NCBI GenBank assembly: GCA_036229005.1
Contig: JAZAMN010000002.1
Location: 41,555-105,554, forward strand
Reading direction: 5' to 3'
Origin: Myxococcota bacterium
Lineage (GTDB): Bacteria > Myxococcota_A > UBA796 > CAJQPC01
DNA length: 64,000 nt
Shown: positions 28,238 to 37,558 of the stretch, one piece after another
Position numbering within the stretch: position 1 is the first letter of the stretch
Layout of the letters: every line of letters starts with the position of its first letter
The notes under the pieces: generated by a model
The model's input: only the letters and a program-made list of their open reading frames with translations
Told to the model about the DNA's origin: nothing
Databases searched by the model: none
Position numbers and translations under genes: made by a program

Positions 28238-29600
28238 ACTCAACCCAGTAAACCGCCCCATCCCCCGCAGTCACCTTCCCCGTGGTGACCTCGCCGGTGA
28301 CCAGATCTGTCGCGGTGCCCGAGGCGGTCCCCTCCCACAGGAGGGTGGGCCCATCCGTGCCCAGCCGGATCGATCCCTCTCCCGGAACAACCTCGACCCG
28401 CCCCAGGGCCTCAAAGCGCTCCGCCAGGCGCCGCCAGGTCCCCACGATGGGCTTGGCGACCAGCTCCCCGCCGGGCTGCTCGTAGAAGGAGTGGTGCTTC
28501 ATGCCGGGCTGCTTCATCTTGCCCGGAGGCGCGTCGGCCAGGGTGTGCCAGAAGAAGGTCTGCACGCCCTCCCGCAGCGACACGCCCAGCATCTCCACCA
28601 TCATCGAGGCCTGCCACTTTGGGCTCACGTACTCCTCGCCCTTCTTGTCCGAGACGCTGGGCTGATTGGTCTCGGTGATCCAGATGGGCTTGCCGGGCAG
28701 CACCTCCTTGGCGTTGGCCAGAGCCTTCTCCAGGCGGCGCGTGTCGGGGTCCGTCGCGTAGACGTGCAGGCTCAGAGCGTCGATGGCCTCCACGGTCCCC
28801 GGCTGGCCGAACACGGCGCGCATGTAGTCGCAGCCCCCCTCGGTCTGGGGCCGGTAGAAGCCGCCCCCCAGCACCACAGCCTGCGCGTCGGCCTCGCGGA
28901 TCGCGGCGGAGGTGGCCACCAGCACCTCGGCGTACTGCGGGGGCTCACAGAAGTTCTCGGGGGCCTTGATCTTTGCCTGCGGTGGGGGCCCGTCGTTCTT
29001 GAGGTCGGGCTCGTTGTCGACCTCCCAGTGGTGCACCCCCGACTTGAGGCCGGGCATGTCGTCGATGCCGTCGCCGTCGTAGCGCTCGACAACCTCCTTG
29101 ACCCACGCGGTGTAGGCCGCCATGTCCGGCGGCGGGTAGCTGTCGGTGGCCCGGTGCGTGTAGGTGCCCGGCCAGGGCGAGACCATCATCAGCGGCTCCA
29201 GCCCGTGGGCCTGCACGGTGCGCACCCACTGATCGGCCTGGGCCTGCGCCACGCGGCGGTTCTGCTGCCAGTGCTGGTGGTGAAGGAAGGGGAAGCCGCC
29301 GGAGTTCGTCCGCACCCAGTGCGCCCCCAACTCCTGGGTCAGGCGCGCGTCCTTCTCCAGCTCCTGGCCGATCTGCTCGGGGCTTGGGCGGTCCCGCATC
29401 AGGATCATCGGGGGGATGGCGACGGCTTCGTTGACGCCGAGCACCGCGCCCAGATCCACCTGGGCTCTGGGGGGGCTCTTCGCGCTCGCTGCGCTCTGCG
29501 GCACCGGCGAGGTCGGGCTGGGTGTCTCGGTCTGCTGCCGGCCCCCGCAGGCCAGCGCCAACAAGGCGAAGGTGGTGAGCAGGGGCACGGCAGACCTCAC
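28236..29600 (-). CDS. Clan GH-A TIM-barrel glycoside hydrolase lipoprotein (GH39/GH5-like)
   Basis: WEVDNEPD acid/base, SLHVY, KPIWITE nucleophile; lipobox ALAC. Confidence 0.8.
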   Translation of the reverse strand: MRSAVPLLTTFALLALACGGRQQTETPSPTSPVPQSAASAKSPPRAQVDLGAVLGVNEAVAIPPMILMRDRPSPEQIGQELEKDARLTQELGAHWVRTNSGGFPFLHHQHWQQNRRVAQAQADQWVRTVQAHGLEPLMMVSPWPGTYTHRATDSYPPPDMAAYTAWVKEVVERYDGDGIDDMPGLKSGVHHWEVDNEPDLKNDGPPPQAKIKAPENFCEPPQYAEVLVATSAAIREADAQAVVLGGGFYRPQTEGGCDYMRAVFGQPGTVEAIDALSLHVYATDPDTRRLEKALANAKEVLPGKPIWITETNQPSVSDKKGEEYVSPKWQASMMVEMLGVSLREGVQTFFWHTLADAPPGKMKQPGMKHHSFYEQPGGELVAKPIVGTWRRLAERFEALGRVEVVPGEGSIRLGTDGPTLLWEGTASGTATDLVTGEVTTGKVTAGDGAVYWVE

Positions 29601-30259
29601 TTGATGAGCCTCAGGGTGGGCCGGGACTCGGGCTCGGGCTCAGGCTCCGGATCCGGCTGGGGGGCGTCCTGGGGGTCCGGCGGCTCGCAGTAGAGCGTGA
29701 CCTGGAGCACCGAGGACCAGGGGAAGACGCAGGTGTAGATGGTGTCGAAGCTCAGCGTCAGCGTGAGCCCGAAGTCGTCGTACTGGGGGGCGTTGTACTT
29801 GTGGTACGCGGCGTCCAGGCGGATCAGCATGCGCTCGGGGAAGCGCGCGAGCACATCGGGGGGTACGCCGGAGTCCTTGAGCTGGGCGCTCTCGGACACG
29901 AAGGCGAAGTCCACCGACATGGCGAACGCCATCTTGATGGCCTGCTCGGCGTGCAGCCCGTAGGGGCTCAAGCGGATGCTGTCGTCTTCATCCGCCTGGG
30001 CGAGATCGGCGGCGCCCAGGGTGGCGACCTTGGGCTCCTCGGGCATGACGCCGCCAGCGAGCTCCTCGACGCCGAGGCCCAGGCTCTGGGTCCAGGTCAT
30101 GAGCTGGTCCACGGTCAGCGGCTCCTTCCCGGCGAGCACGCGCTTGACGAGACTGCGCTTCTCCCCCACCTGCTCGGCGAAGGCGGCCACGTTCAGCTCG
30201 CGCTCCCGGAGGGTGGCGCGGATCAGGGCCAGGACGGGTTCAGAGGGTCGGGACGGCAA
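29597..30259 (-). CDS. XRE-type HTH fused to SspB-like ClpXP adaptor domain
   Basis: N-terminal HTH; GVP..RFPERM..GLTLTLSF..CVFPW SspB core; acidic linker; C-terminal RPTLRLIK. Confidence 0.7.
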   Translation of the reverse strand: MPSRPSEPVLALIRATLRERELNVAAFAEQVGEKRSLVKRVLAGKEPLTVDQLMTWTQSLGLGVEELAGGVMPEEPKVATLGAADLAQADEDDSIRLSPYGLHAEQAIKMAFAMSVDFAFVSESAQLKDSGVPPDVLARFPERMLIRLDAAYHKYNAPQYDDFGLTLTLSFDTIYTCVFPWSSVLQVTLYCEPPDPQDAPQPDPEPEPEPESRPTLRLIK

Positions 30260-30373
30260 GGGGGCTCCAAGCTTTGTCCCATGCTACCGCGTCAGGCGGA
30301 TGCAAAGGGGGCACGCGCCTGGAACCAGCAGCATCGGGCCCGGTCTGTCACAATGACAAGCCAAGGAGCGATT

Positions 30374-30853
30374 GTGCTGGACTGGATCCTTGCAGGCGTG
30401 GTGGTGCTGATCTGCGCCGCCCTGGCGAGCGCGGGCCTGCGCTTTGGACGCAAGCAGAAGCGGCGACAGGCAGCGGCGCTCTCCAAGGGCGAGACCCCGG
30501 TGCTGCAGCAGCTCGACGTGCCGGCGCGGGTCTACGTGGACCGCACGCTGCTGGGCGGGCCGGTGGCCGGCAAGATCAACCACCTGGACACCGACATCCT
30601 GCTGACCGAGGGGCGGCTGGTCGTCGCCACACACCAGGGCCGCCTGCTGGAGGTGCTGCCCGGCAAAGACGGCAGCGTGCGCTGCACGGGCCCCGGCCGC
30701 CTGGTGATCGAGGGGATGCGCCCGTCCGCGAAGGAGGACATCCTGGTGCGCGTGGAGGCCCTGGTGCCCACCGCCGATCAGTGGGCGGCGCGCGCCAAGG
30801 AGCTCCTGGGAACCCGCACCTCGGCGGTGCCTACCCGTCCAAAGATGGGCTGA
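30374..30853 (+). CDS. Hypothetical membrane-anchored protein
   Basis: AAGGAG RBS, GTG start, N-terminal TM helix. Confidence 0.7.
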   Translation: MLDWILAGVVVLICAALASAGLRFGRKQKRRQAAALSKGETPVLQQLDVPARVYVDRTLLGGPVAGKINHLDTDILLTEGRLVVATHQGRLLEVLPGKDGSVRCTGPGRLVIEGMRPSAKEDILVRVEALVPTADQWAARAKELLGTRTSAVPTRPKMG

Positions 30854-31946
30854 GGGCCGCGGGGTCCGACGGTGGGCCGGGGAGCGGCGGGGCCTTGAGG
30901 GCCGGCTCCTTCCTGACCGGGAGGCTGTGGGCCCAGCTCCCGGTGTCGTCCGCGACGGGCTGCGACTGGGGACCGTGGGCGTGATCGTCGCTATCATGGG
31001 GCGCCCAGCTCCCGACCTCGCGGATCTCGGGAGCGGCGGGAAGAGAGCGGGACCACTCTGCGGGTTCGGCGTTCGCGGAGAGCACGACGGCGCCCAGCAC
31101 ACGGCCATCGGGGGCGTGCGCCTCCAGCCCGAGGACATCGGGGCCGACCTGGATCTGGGGGGCGCTGTCCTGGGGCTCGAAGGCCAGCGCGGTTGAAGTC
31201 GGGACCTGCGCGGGGGCTGCCGAGGCGCCCCCTCCCCCACCGCCAGTGGGCGGGTGGCTGTGGGCCGGGGTGGCCTTGACCTTCTTGGGAGGCAGAGGCG
31301 CGCCGCCGTTGATGTGGACGGTCGCGGCCTTGAAGGTGGAGATGGTGCTGGTGTACTTGGCCTGGTTCTTGGCGTTGTGGACCAGGGTCTTGCCGGCGCT
31401 CTGGGTCAGGCTGTTGTCACAGATGACCTTGAAGTCCTTGCACTTGATGCTCAGGGTGGCCGCGCACTCCCAGATGGTGTCCTTGTCGGAGTACTGGCGG
31501 AACTCCTTCTTGGCGGCGTCGGCGGTCTGGTGGATGGGGCCACCGGTCACGTCCATGCGGCTGCCGCTGGTGGCGCCCAGGCTGACGAACTCGTTGCCGG
31601 GCTCGTCGCTGAACATGACCATGGAGCCCGCGCGGGACCAGAACAGGCGGACGTTGTTGTCGCCGTCGTCGTTGGCGTAGGGCTCGGCCTTGTCCTCGCC
31701 GCCGTTGTAGACGCAGCCGACTAGGTAAGGGTGCAGGGCCTGGGTCCCGTAGACCAGGATGACCTCGGTGCCCTTGTCGGGGAGCATGACCATCCCGCGG
31801 GAGCCGCCGGCCATGGGGCTGGCCATGCGCACCCAGGTGCTGGCGGGGGCCTGCTCGGCGTCGACCTTGTACTCGACGAGCACGCGGTGCTGGCCGTCGG
31901 GATCGACGTTGTCCTTGACCGTGCCGATGACGGTGCCGTTGATCAT
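30831..31946 (-). CDS. Phage baseplate assembly protein V / VgrG gp5-like spike protein with C-terminal extension
   Basis: GTVKDNVDP..RV, WVRMASPMAG..G..LP..G.EV OB-fold; beta-helix repeats; HSH. Confidence 0.85.
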   Translation of the reverse strand: MINGTVIGTVKDNVDPDGQHRVLVEYKVDAEQAPASTWVRMASPMAGGSRGMVMLPDKGTEVILVYGTQALHPYLVGCVYNGGEDKAEPYANDDGDNNVRLFWSRAGSMVMFSDEPGNEFVSLGATSGSRMDVTGGPIHQTADAAKKEFRQYSDKDTIWECAATLSIKCKDFKVICDNSLTQSAGKTLVHNAKNQAKYTSTISTFKAATVHINGGAPLPPKKVKATPAHSHPPTGGGGGGASAAPAQVPTSTALAFEPQDSAPQIQVGPDVLGLEAHAPDGRVLGAVVLSANAEPAEWSRSLPAAPEIREVGSWAPHDSDDHAHGPQSQPVADDTGSWAHSLPVRKEPALKAPPLPGPPSDPAALSPSLDG

Positions 31947-31956
31947 GGCCGCCTCC

Positions 31957-32634
31957 TCAGCAGTTGATCTTGGTCATCGACTTGGCGTTCAAGGTGAGCA
32001 TCTTGCCGCCGTTGACGGTGAGCTGCTGCCCTGCGTTCAGGTCCACCTTCTGCTTGGCGTCCATGGAGATGGACTGCTCGGCCTCGAGCACGAAGTCCTT
32101 GCACTTGATGGAGAAGGTCTCCTTGGACTCCAGGATGATGTCCTTGCCCGAGTAGACCGACAGGGTCTTGTTCGCGGAGTCCCAGATCACCCGGATCTCC
32201 TCGTTGTGGGTGACCATCTCGATGCGCTCGGCGCCCGCGGTGTCGTCGAAGGTGACGCGGTGGCCGCTGCGGGACTGGAAGACGCGCAGGTTGTTCTCCC
32301 CGTCCTCGTTCGCGTAGGGGGGCGTGTCCACGCCGTTGAACATGCCGCCCAGCACGATGGCGTGGTTGAAGTCGCCGTGCATGAAGCTGACCAGCACCTC
32401 GTCCCCGATCTCCGGGATGGTGGACCAGCCGCGGTTCTTGCCGGCCATGGGGGTGCTCACGCGGGCCCAGTGGCTGGTGGGGCTGTCGCCGCCGTTGCTG
32501 CCCGGGAGCGTGGGGAACTTCACCTTGACGCGGCCCATCTTGGCCGGGTCCACGTTGTCGGTGACGATGGCTTCGACCAGGCCGGGCATCTGCCCTGTGC
32601 TGGGCCTGCCCTTGCGGTCTGTGAGCTTGGACAT
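31957..32634 (-). CDS. Phage baseplate assembly protein V / VgrG gp5-like spike protein
   Basis: VTDNVDP..GRVKVKFP, WARVSTPMAG..RG..PEIGDEVLVSF.HGD, SRSGH..FDD. Confidence 0.9.
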   Translation of the reverse strand: MSKLTDRKGRPSTGQMPGLVEAIVTDNVDPAKMGRVKVKFPTLPGSNGGDSPTSHWARVSTPMAGKNRGWSTIPEIGDEVLVSFMHGDFNHAIVLGGMFNGVDTPPYANEDGENNLRVFQSRSGHRVTFDDTAGAERIEMVTHNEEIRVIWDSANKTLSVYSGKDIILESKETFSIKCKDFVLEAEQSISMDAKQKVDLNAGQQLTVNGGKMLTLNAKSMTKINC

Positions 32635-32748
32635 CGCGGCTCTCCCAAGTGCGTGCAGGGGGCGCGGGCCCCCGGTGGGTTCGACTTGATCAGGTGGCGA
32701 GTCCGTCGTGCGTGCTCGGTGCGGCCTACACGCGCGGACCCGACTCCA

Positions 32749-33522
32749 TCATGCCCCGCCAGCGGGTCCCGGGGCAAGGGTGGAGTGCGCGGCCGCCTTC
32801 CGGGCCAGCAGGGTGTGCGTGCTCAAGCGCGCGCGGCTGCCGTCGGAGCGCTGGATGGGCCAGTCCAGGGTGTGCTCCTGGAGCAGCGTGTAGCCAAAGC
32901 GCATCCCCAGCGCGTTCCGGTCCCCCTCCAGGGCAGCGCGCAGGGTGCCCCACTCGAATCGCCGCTCCAGCGGAACGACCGGATCCCACGCGAAAGGCAG
33001 CGAGATCAGCAGGACCCCGCCCGGACGAAGCAGCGCGTCCGCCTGGGCCAGCACAAGCTGCGGGTTGGGCACGCAGTCCAGCAGGTTGACCAGCAGCACC
33101 GCGTCGAAGCTCTCCGGGGGGAAGGGAGGATCCGCGGCGTCCGCGATGACGCCCACACCGCCTCGGGCTCTGAGCAGGCCTGCCCGCAGGTCCAGCCCCA
33201 CCACATCCGTGCGCCCCCAGGCCTGCACCCCACACCCCAGATCCAGCACCTGGCCCGCCAGCGAGGTGATCGTCTGCGTGAGCCAGGCGTGCAGGGGTCC
33301 GCTGCTGCTCGCGCGCATCAGCTCCACGAGCTGGGCGTCCAGCTCGGGCTCGGCCTGCAGCTCCAGCCCGGCACGCAAGACCAGCGGCAGCCCATCGACC
33401 ACGGGGTGTCGCTGGCCGCAGCCCAGGCAGCGCAGCCAGTCGCCCTCGGGGCTCAAGTGGGACAGCATCCAGCGGCCCTGGTGGACGTGCCGGCAGCTTG
33501 GGCAGATCAGAGGGGGGCTCAC
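32749..33522 (-). CDS. Class I SAM-dependent methyltransferase with N-terminal Zn-ribbon (Trm112-like)
   Basis: CPSC..CLGC..HPVVDGLP; VLDLGCG; ADAADPPFPPESFD; LLRPGG; GTGA overlap with PAAR stop. Confidence 0.8.
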   Translation of the reverse strand: MSPPLICPSCRHVHQGRWMLSHLSPEGDWLRCLGCGQRHPVVDGLPLVLRAGLELQAEPELDAQLVELMRASSSGPLHAWLTQTITSLAGQVLDLGCGVQAWGRTDVVGLDLRAGLLRARGGVGVIADAADPPFPPESFDAVLLVNLLDCVPNPQLVLAQADALLRPGGVLLISLPFAWDPVVPLERRFEWGTLRAALEGDRNALGMRFGYTLLQEHTLDWPIQRSDGSRARLSTHTLLARKAAAHSTLAPGPAGGA

Positions 33523-33836
33523 CCGACCTGGGTCTTGCCGGCGCCGGTGACCAGCGCGCCCACGCCCCCGCAGTGCACGGTGATGTCCCCGATGCGCGCG
33601 ACCGCGATGTTCTCGAAGTACACGGTGCCGGAGCCGGTGAGCACGGCCCAGACGTTGGGCCCGCAGCAGGCGGCGTGCACGCCCGGGTCGCCGATGCGCA
33701 GGGGCTTGTTGCCCTCGACCAGGATCGTCGCTGCGCCCATGATCCCCGGGCCGGCGACCGGGTGGGGGCAGCAGGGCTTGCCGTGGGAGTCCGCGGGGTT
33801 GACCGCGATGTCGGTCACTCGGGAGACATTGGGCAT
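33519..33836 (-). CDS. PAAR-like spike tip protein (Cys/His-rich)
   Basis: SRVTD, PLRIGD, VARIGD repeats; HGKPCCPH, HAACC, HCGG; AGGAG RBS. Confidence 0.85.
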   Translation of the reverse strand: MPNVSRVTDIAVNPADSHGKPCCPHPVAGPGIMGAATILVEGNKPLRIGDPGVHAACCGPNVWAVLTGSGTVYFENIAVARIGDITVHCGGVGALVTGAGKTQVG

Positions 33837-33899
33837 CTGAGACTCCTGGGGCGCGCGGTGCCGGTGCAACCCCGATGCGCTCCATGATTACATCATGCC

Positions 33900-34103
33900 G
33901 TGGACTCCCGCAGCGCGAAGACCCTGGCCAACACCCTCCACGCCCTGGGGCGCGGCGCGCGCGCGCTGATGCCGGAGCGGGTCAAGCGCGCGCTGGAGGA
34001 CCGCTTCTTCTACGCGGTGTTCCAGATGACCCGCGTGCAGAACGACGACGCCGTGAGCCCCCAGGTGCGCGCGCGGCGCGCCAGGGAGTCCCAGCGGCGC
34101 TGA
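33900..34103 (+). CDS. Small hypothetical protein
   Basis: 67-aa ORF with high GC3, divergent from PAAR. Confidence 0.55.
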   Translation: MDSRSAKTLANTLHALGRGARALMPERVKRALEDRFFYAVFQMTRVQNDDAVSPQVRARRARESQRR

Positions 34104-34110
34104 GGCCCGC

Positions 34111-34596
34111 TCAGAAGGCGCTCGCGGGCTCCCCTGACCAGCTCACGCCCAACACCAGGTTGATGCCCAGGGGGTTGCTGGCCTCGAGCTGGAGGTCCGC
34201 CGTGAGCTCTCCGTCGTCGGAGACCGTGTAGGTCCCGGCGAACACGTCCTCGCTGTTCCAGGACGCGGAGCCGTTGCTGACGGAGACGCTCACCGACCCG
34301 TCGGGCAGGTTGTAGCTGCCCACCCCAGGGGCGCTCACGGAGAGGTGCACCAGATCTGCGTCGACGTAGAAGCTCATCTCAGCGTCGGTGCCGTCCGCGC
34401 TCACACACAGGGCCCGGGCGTAGCCGTAGCTGGAGAGGCCATCGACGGCGTAGGCGTTCACGAACACCCTGCTGCTGTCGCCAGTCTGGAAGCCACCGCT
34501 GCAGTCGCCGCTGCTGGAGCCGGTGTCCGAGTCCTGGGTGGTCGGCGCGTCGGTGTCGGGGAACTGGAGGCAGGCCAAGAGCGTGAGTGCAAGCAT
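34111..34596 (-). CDS. Hypothetical lipoprotein
   Basis: Signal MLALTLLAC, D/T/S linker, beta-rich domain. Confidence 0.7.
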   Translation of the reverse strand: MLALTLLACLQFPDTDAPTTQDSDTGSSSGDCSGGFQTGDSSRVFVNAYAVDGLSSYGYARALCVSADGTDAEMSFYVDADLVHLSVSAPGVGSYNLPDGSVSVSVSNGSASWNSEDVFAGTYTVSDDGELTADLQLEASNPLGINLVLGVSWSGEPASAF

Positions 34597-34646
34597 GCCT
34601 GCCCTTTATCCCGGACACCCCCTGTCCCGCGAGCTAAGAGCCGGCC

Positions 34647-35537
34647 ATGACTCCCTTCTCCGTGCGCCTCTCCGAGGCGGTCTCCGAGCGTGGGCCGGTG
34701 TGCATCGGCCTGGATCCCCACCTGCACCGCCTCCCCGCTGTGCGCCGCGCGGCCTACGAGCACCTGGAGGGCGCGGCCTTCCGCGCCGCCGCCGCTGCGC
34801 AGGTTCAGGACTGGGGCCTGGAGGTCCTGGACGCGGTCTCGGACCTGGCCGCGGCCATCAAGCCGCAGGTGGCGTTCTTCGAGCAGCTCGGGGCGCCCGG
34901 CGTCGCGGCGCTGGAGGTGCTCAGCGCGCGGGCGCGGGAGCTGGGGCTGATCCTGCTGCTGGACGCCAAGCGCGGGGACATCGGCTCCACCGCCGAGGGC
35001 TACGCGCGGGCCACCCTGGACGCCGGCGGCCCCATCGGGGCGGACGCAGTGACTCTGAACCCCTACCTGGGGCCGGAGAGCCTGGCCCCCTTCCTCAAGC
35101 GCTGTGATGCCGACGGAAAGGGACTCTTTGTCCTCGTTCGCACCAGCAATGCCGGCGCGGACGCGCTGCAGGGGGACGGGGTTGCCGAGAAGGTGAGCCA
35201 GTGGATCTCCGAGTGGAACCAGAGCCGCCTCGACCCCCAGGGCCTGGGCCCCGTTGGAGCGGTCGTCGGCGCGACGGTCCCGGAGGAGGCGATCGAGCTC
35301 CGGGCGCAGCTCCAGGGCGCGTGGATCCTGGTCCCCGGCTACGGCGCCCAGGGCGGCAGCGCGGCGGACACCCTGCCCTGCTTCCGCAGCGACGGTCTGG
35401 GGGCGCTGGTGAACTCCAGCCGGGGCGTGCTGTTCGCTGGCCAGGGCGAGGCGGATCGCTATGAGGCCGACCCCGTGGGGCTGGTTCGGGAACACGCAGA
35501 GCAAATGGTGCGTACGCTCAAGGCTTTGCATGAATAG
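34647..35537 (+). CDS. pyrF: Orotidine-5'-phosphate decarboxylase
   Basis: CIGLDP, KPQVAFFE, DAKRGDIGST, NPYLG, LVPGYGAQGG, NSSR. Confidence 0.95.
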   Translation: MTPFSVRLSEAVSERGPVCIGLDPHLHRLPAVRRAAYEHLEGAAFRAAAAAQVQDWGLEVLDAVSDLAAAIKPQVAFFEQLGAPGVAALEVLSARARELGLILLLDAKRGDIGSTAEGYARATLDAGGPIGADAVTLNPYLGPESLAPFLKRCDADGKGLFVLVRTSNAGADALQGDGVAEKVSQWISEWNQSRLDPQGLGPVGAVVGATVPEEAIELRAQLQGAWILVPGYGAQGGSAADTLPCFRSDGLGALVNSSRGVLFAGQGEADRYEADPVGLVREHAEQMVRTLKALHE

Positions 35538-35616
35538 GCCAATGTGACGACTGGGTTTCTGATAGGGTCCCGAAAGACGACTGAGCGTTTCTTTCAGCCC
35601 ACCCCCGAGGAACCCC

Positions 35617-36456
35617 ATGACACGCGCATTTCTTGCGTCCTCCGTGCTTCTGCTCACCCTGAGCGCCTGCTCCAAGGGAGCCGTCTCGGGCTCCGTCACC
35701 GATGGCCTGAGCGGACAGCCCGTGTCGGAGCTGCGGATCCTGGCCCGCTCCGAGGCCACGGACCTGACCTGTCAGGCCTTCGAGACCACCACCGACGCCA
35801 GCGGCGCGTACAGCTTCGACGCCCTCTGCGCCGGCAACACCTACACGCTGAGTTCGGGTGACGAGGACCGCTTCTTCACGGGCACCACCGAGGTCTCGGG
35901 CGACGCGCAGCTCCCCGACAACGCGCTGCAGTCCTGGATCGGCCCGGACGGCTCCGGCGTCTACATCCTGGACGCTGAGGGCAAGATGACCCCCATGCGT
36001 ACCCACTCGGATGTGCAGAAGGCCAGCATCTTCGAGACCGAGACGATGGTCCGCTACCCGGACTCCACCCCCGGCACCTGGCCGCGGATCGTGCCCGGCA
36101 CCTACCTGATGCTGGTGGGCCAGAGCACCATCGAGAACCAGAAGCTGCACCCCATGGAGACCAGCCCCGAGGTCAAGTTCAACCCGGACCGCGACGGCAT
36201 CACCCACTTCTCCCTGGGGCAGCCCTGGCTCTACATCGGCGCCAAGATGGACGAGGAGGGCGGGTACACCCAGCTCACCGCGCAGCTCGACGAGGCCAAG
36301 CTGATCGAGGCCTCCGCCGGCGAGCGCGCCGTGCGCTACATCCCGGCTGATGCGCTGCCTGCGGGCAAGTACGCCCTGCTGCCCGACAAGGCCAAGCGCA
36401 CCTACATGATGGAGTTCGGCGCGGCCCCCGCAGGCGAGGAGCCCGCGAGCGAGTAG
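35617..36456 (+). CDS. Lipoprotein with carboxypeptidase-regulatory-like domain
   Basis: Lipobox LSAC; VSGSVTD..G.PV..TTTDASGAYSF. Confidence 0.75.
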   Translation: MTRAFLASSVLLLTLSACSKGAVSGSVTDGLSGQPVSELRILARSEATDLTCQAFETTTDASGAYSFDALCAGNTYTLSSGDEDRFFTGTTEVSGDAQLPDNALQSWIGPDGSGVYILDAEGKMTPMRTHSDVQKASIFETETMVRYPDSTPGTWPRIVPGTYLMLVGQSTIENQKLHPMETSPEVKFNPDRDGITHFSLGQPWLYIGAKMDEEGGYTQLTAQLDEAKLIEASAGERAVRYIPADALPAGKYALLPDKAKRTYMMEFGAAPAGEEPASE

Positions 36457-36468
36457 CCGGCGTCTCCC

Positions 36469-37296
36469 CTACTCTTTGAGGAGGTCCACCTCTGCATGGG
36501 GGTGGGCCTCTCTCAGCTCTGCGGTCATGCCCTTGACCTGCGACCACGCGGCGTCGAAGAAGGCGTCGAAGTCGTCGGGGAAGTCGCTGGGCTGCACGGG
36601 CTCACCGATGCGCATCCAGCAGTCCTGGAACAGGCGGACGCCCTTGTTGGTGGGCGGGATGATGAGGTCGGTGCCCCAGCAGCTCGCGGGGACCACCTGG
36701 ATGCCGGCCTCGTAGGCGGCCTTGACCAGCCCCGGGTAGGTCTTCTCCCGGATGGGGCCGGTGCGGGTGCGGGTGCCCTCCGGGTAGACGTGCATGGCCC
36801 GGCCCTGGCGGATCATGCGGATGGTGTCCTCTTTGCCCTTGCGGCGGCTCTCGGGGCTGTCGCGGTCAAAGAAGACGGCGCCGCCGAGGTAGCCCAGGTA
36901 GCCCATGACGGGGAACCACTTGACCCCGGACTTGGAGATGCCGTGGGTCTGGCCGGCCCAGATGAGCAGCAGCACGTCGACGAAGCTGCGGTGGTTGGAG
37001 ATGAGCAGGTAGGGCTCCCCCACGGGCAGCTTGTCCAGGCCCTCCAGGTGGGGGCGGCCGAGCAGCGCCAGGCGCAACATCCCCCAGGAAGCCAGGCGCG
37101 AAGCCCAGAATGTGTAGGGCTCCCGCTTGAAGCGCGGGATCAGCGCCAGGGGCAGGATGGGCAGCAGGCAGAGGGTGGACCAGGCCACCGCAACACTGCC
37201 CACAAAGGGGACCAAGAGCATGTTGCGCCAGGTCATCGGCGTGCTCTTGTCCCAAAAGGCCGCTATGGGCCGCTTCCGGGAGGTCAGCTCAGCCAT
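36469..37296 (-). CDS. Lysophospholipid acyltransferase (PlsC-like)
   Basis: SNHRSFVD, YPEGTR; start may be 37236. Confidence 0.9.
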   Translation of the reverse strand: MAELTSRKRPIAAFWDKSTPMTWRNMLLVPFVGSVAVAWSTLCLLPILPLALIPRFKREPYTFWASRLASWGMLRLALLGRPHLEGLDKLPVGEPYLLISNHRSFVDVLLLIWAGQTHGISKSGVKWFPVMGYLGYLGGAVFFDRDSPESRRKGKEDTIRMIRQGRAMHVYPEGTRTRTGPIREKTYPGLVKAAYEAGIQVVPASCWGTDLIIPPTNKGVRLFQDCWMRIGEPVQPSDFPDDFDAFFDAAWSQVKGMTAELREAHPHAEVDLLKE

Positions 37297-37546
37297 GATG
37301 GAGCCATCTGAGATTCAACGCATTCTCCAGGAGTCCCTGCCTGACTGCACCGCTCTGGTGGAGGACAACGCGGGGGACAAAGAGCACTTCCAGGCCCAGG
37401 TGGTGTCCTCGGCCTTCGAGGGCCGCACCAGAGTGGCCCAACACCGCCTTGTCTATCAAGCCCTGGGCGACCACATGAAGGGCGCGATCCACGCCCTCGC
37501 CCTCAAGACCTACACCCCAGACGCCTGGGCCAAGCGCCAGGCCTGA
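37295..37546 (+). CDS. bolA: BolA family protein
   Basis: HF..VVS.AFEG..RV.QHRLVY..IHAL; start 37295 or 37298. Confidence 0.9.
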   Translation: MMEPSEIQRILQESLPDCTALVEDNAGDKEHFQAQVVSSAFEGRTRVAQHRLVYQALGDHMKGAIHALALKTYTPDAWAKRQA

Positions 37547-37558
37547 TTGGAGATTCCC

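Noticed and set aside
30831..33836. Prophage
   Set aside because: No capsid, terminase, integrase or other tail genes
37236..37300. Overlapping divergent start codons of the acyltransferase and bolA
   Set aside because: The acyltransferase may start at 37236, which removes the overlap; this cannot be resolved from sequence alone
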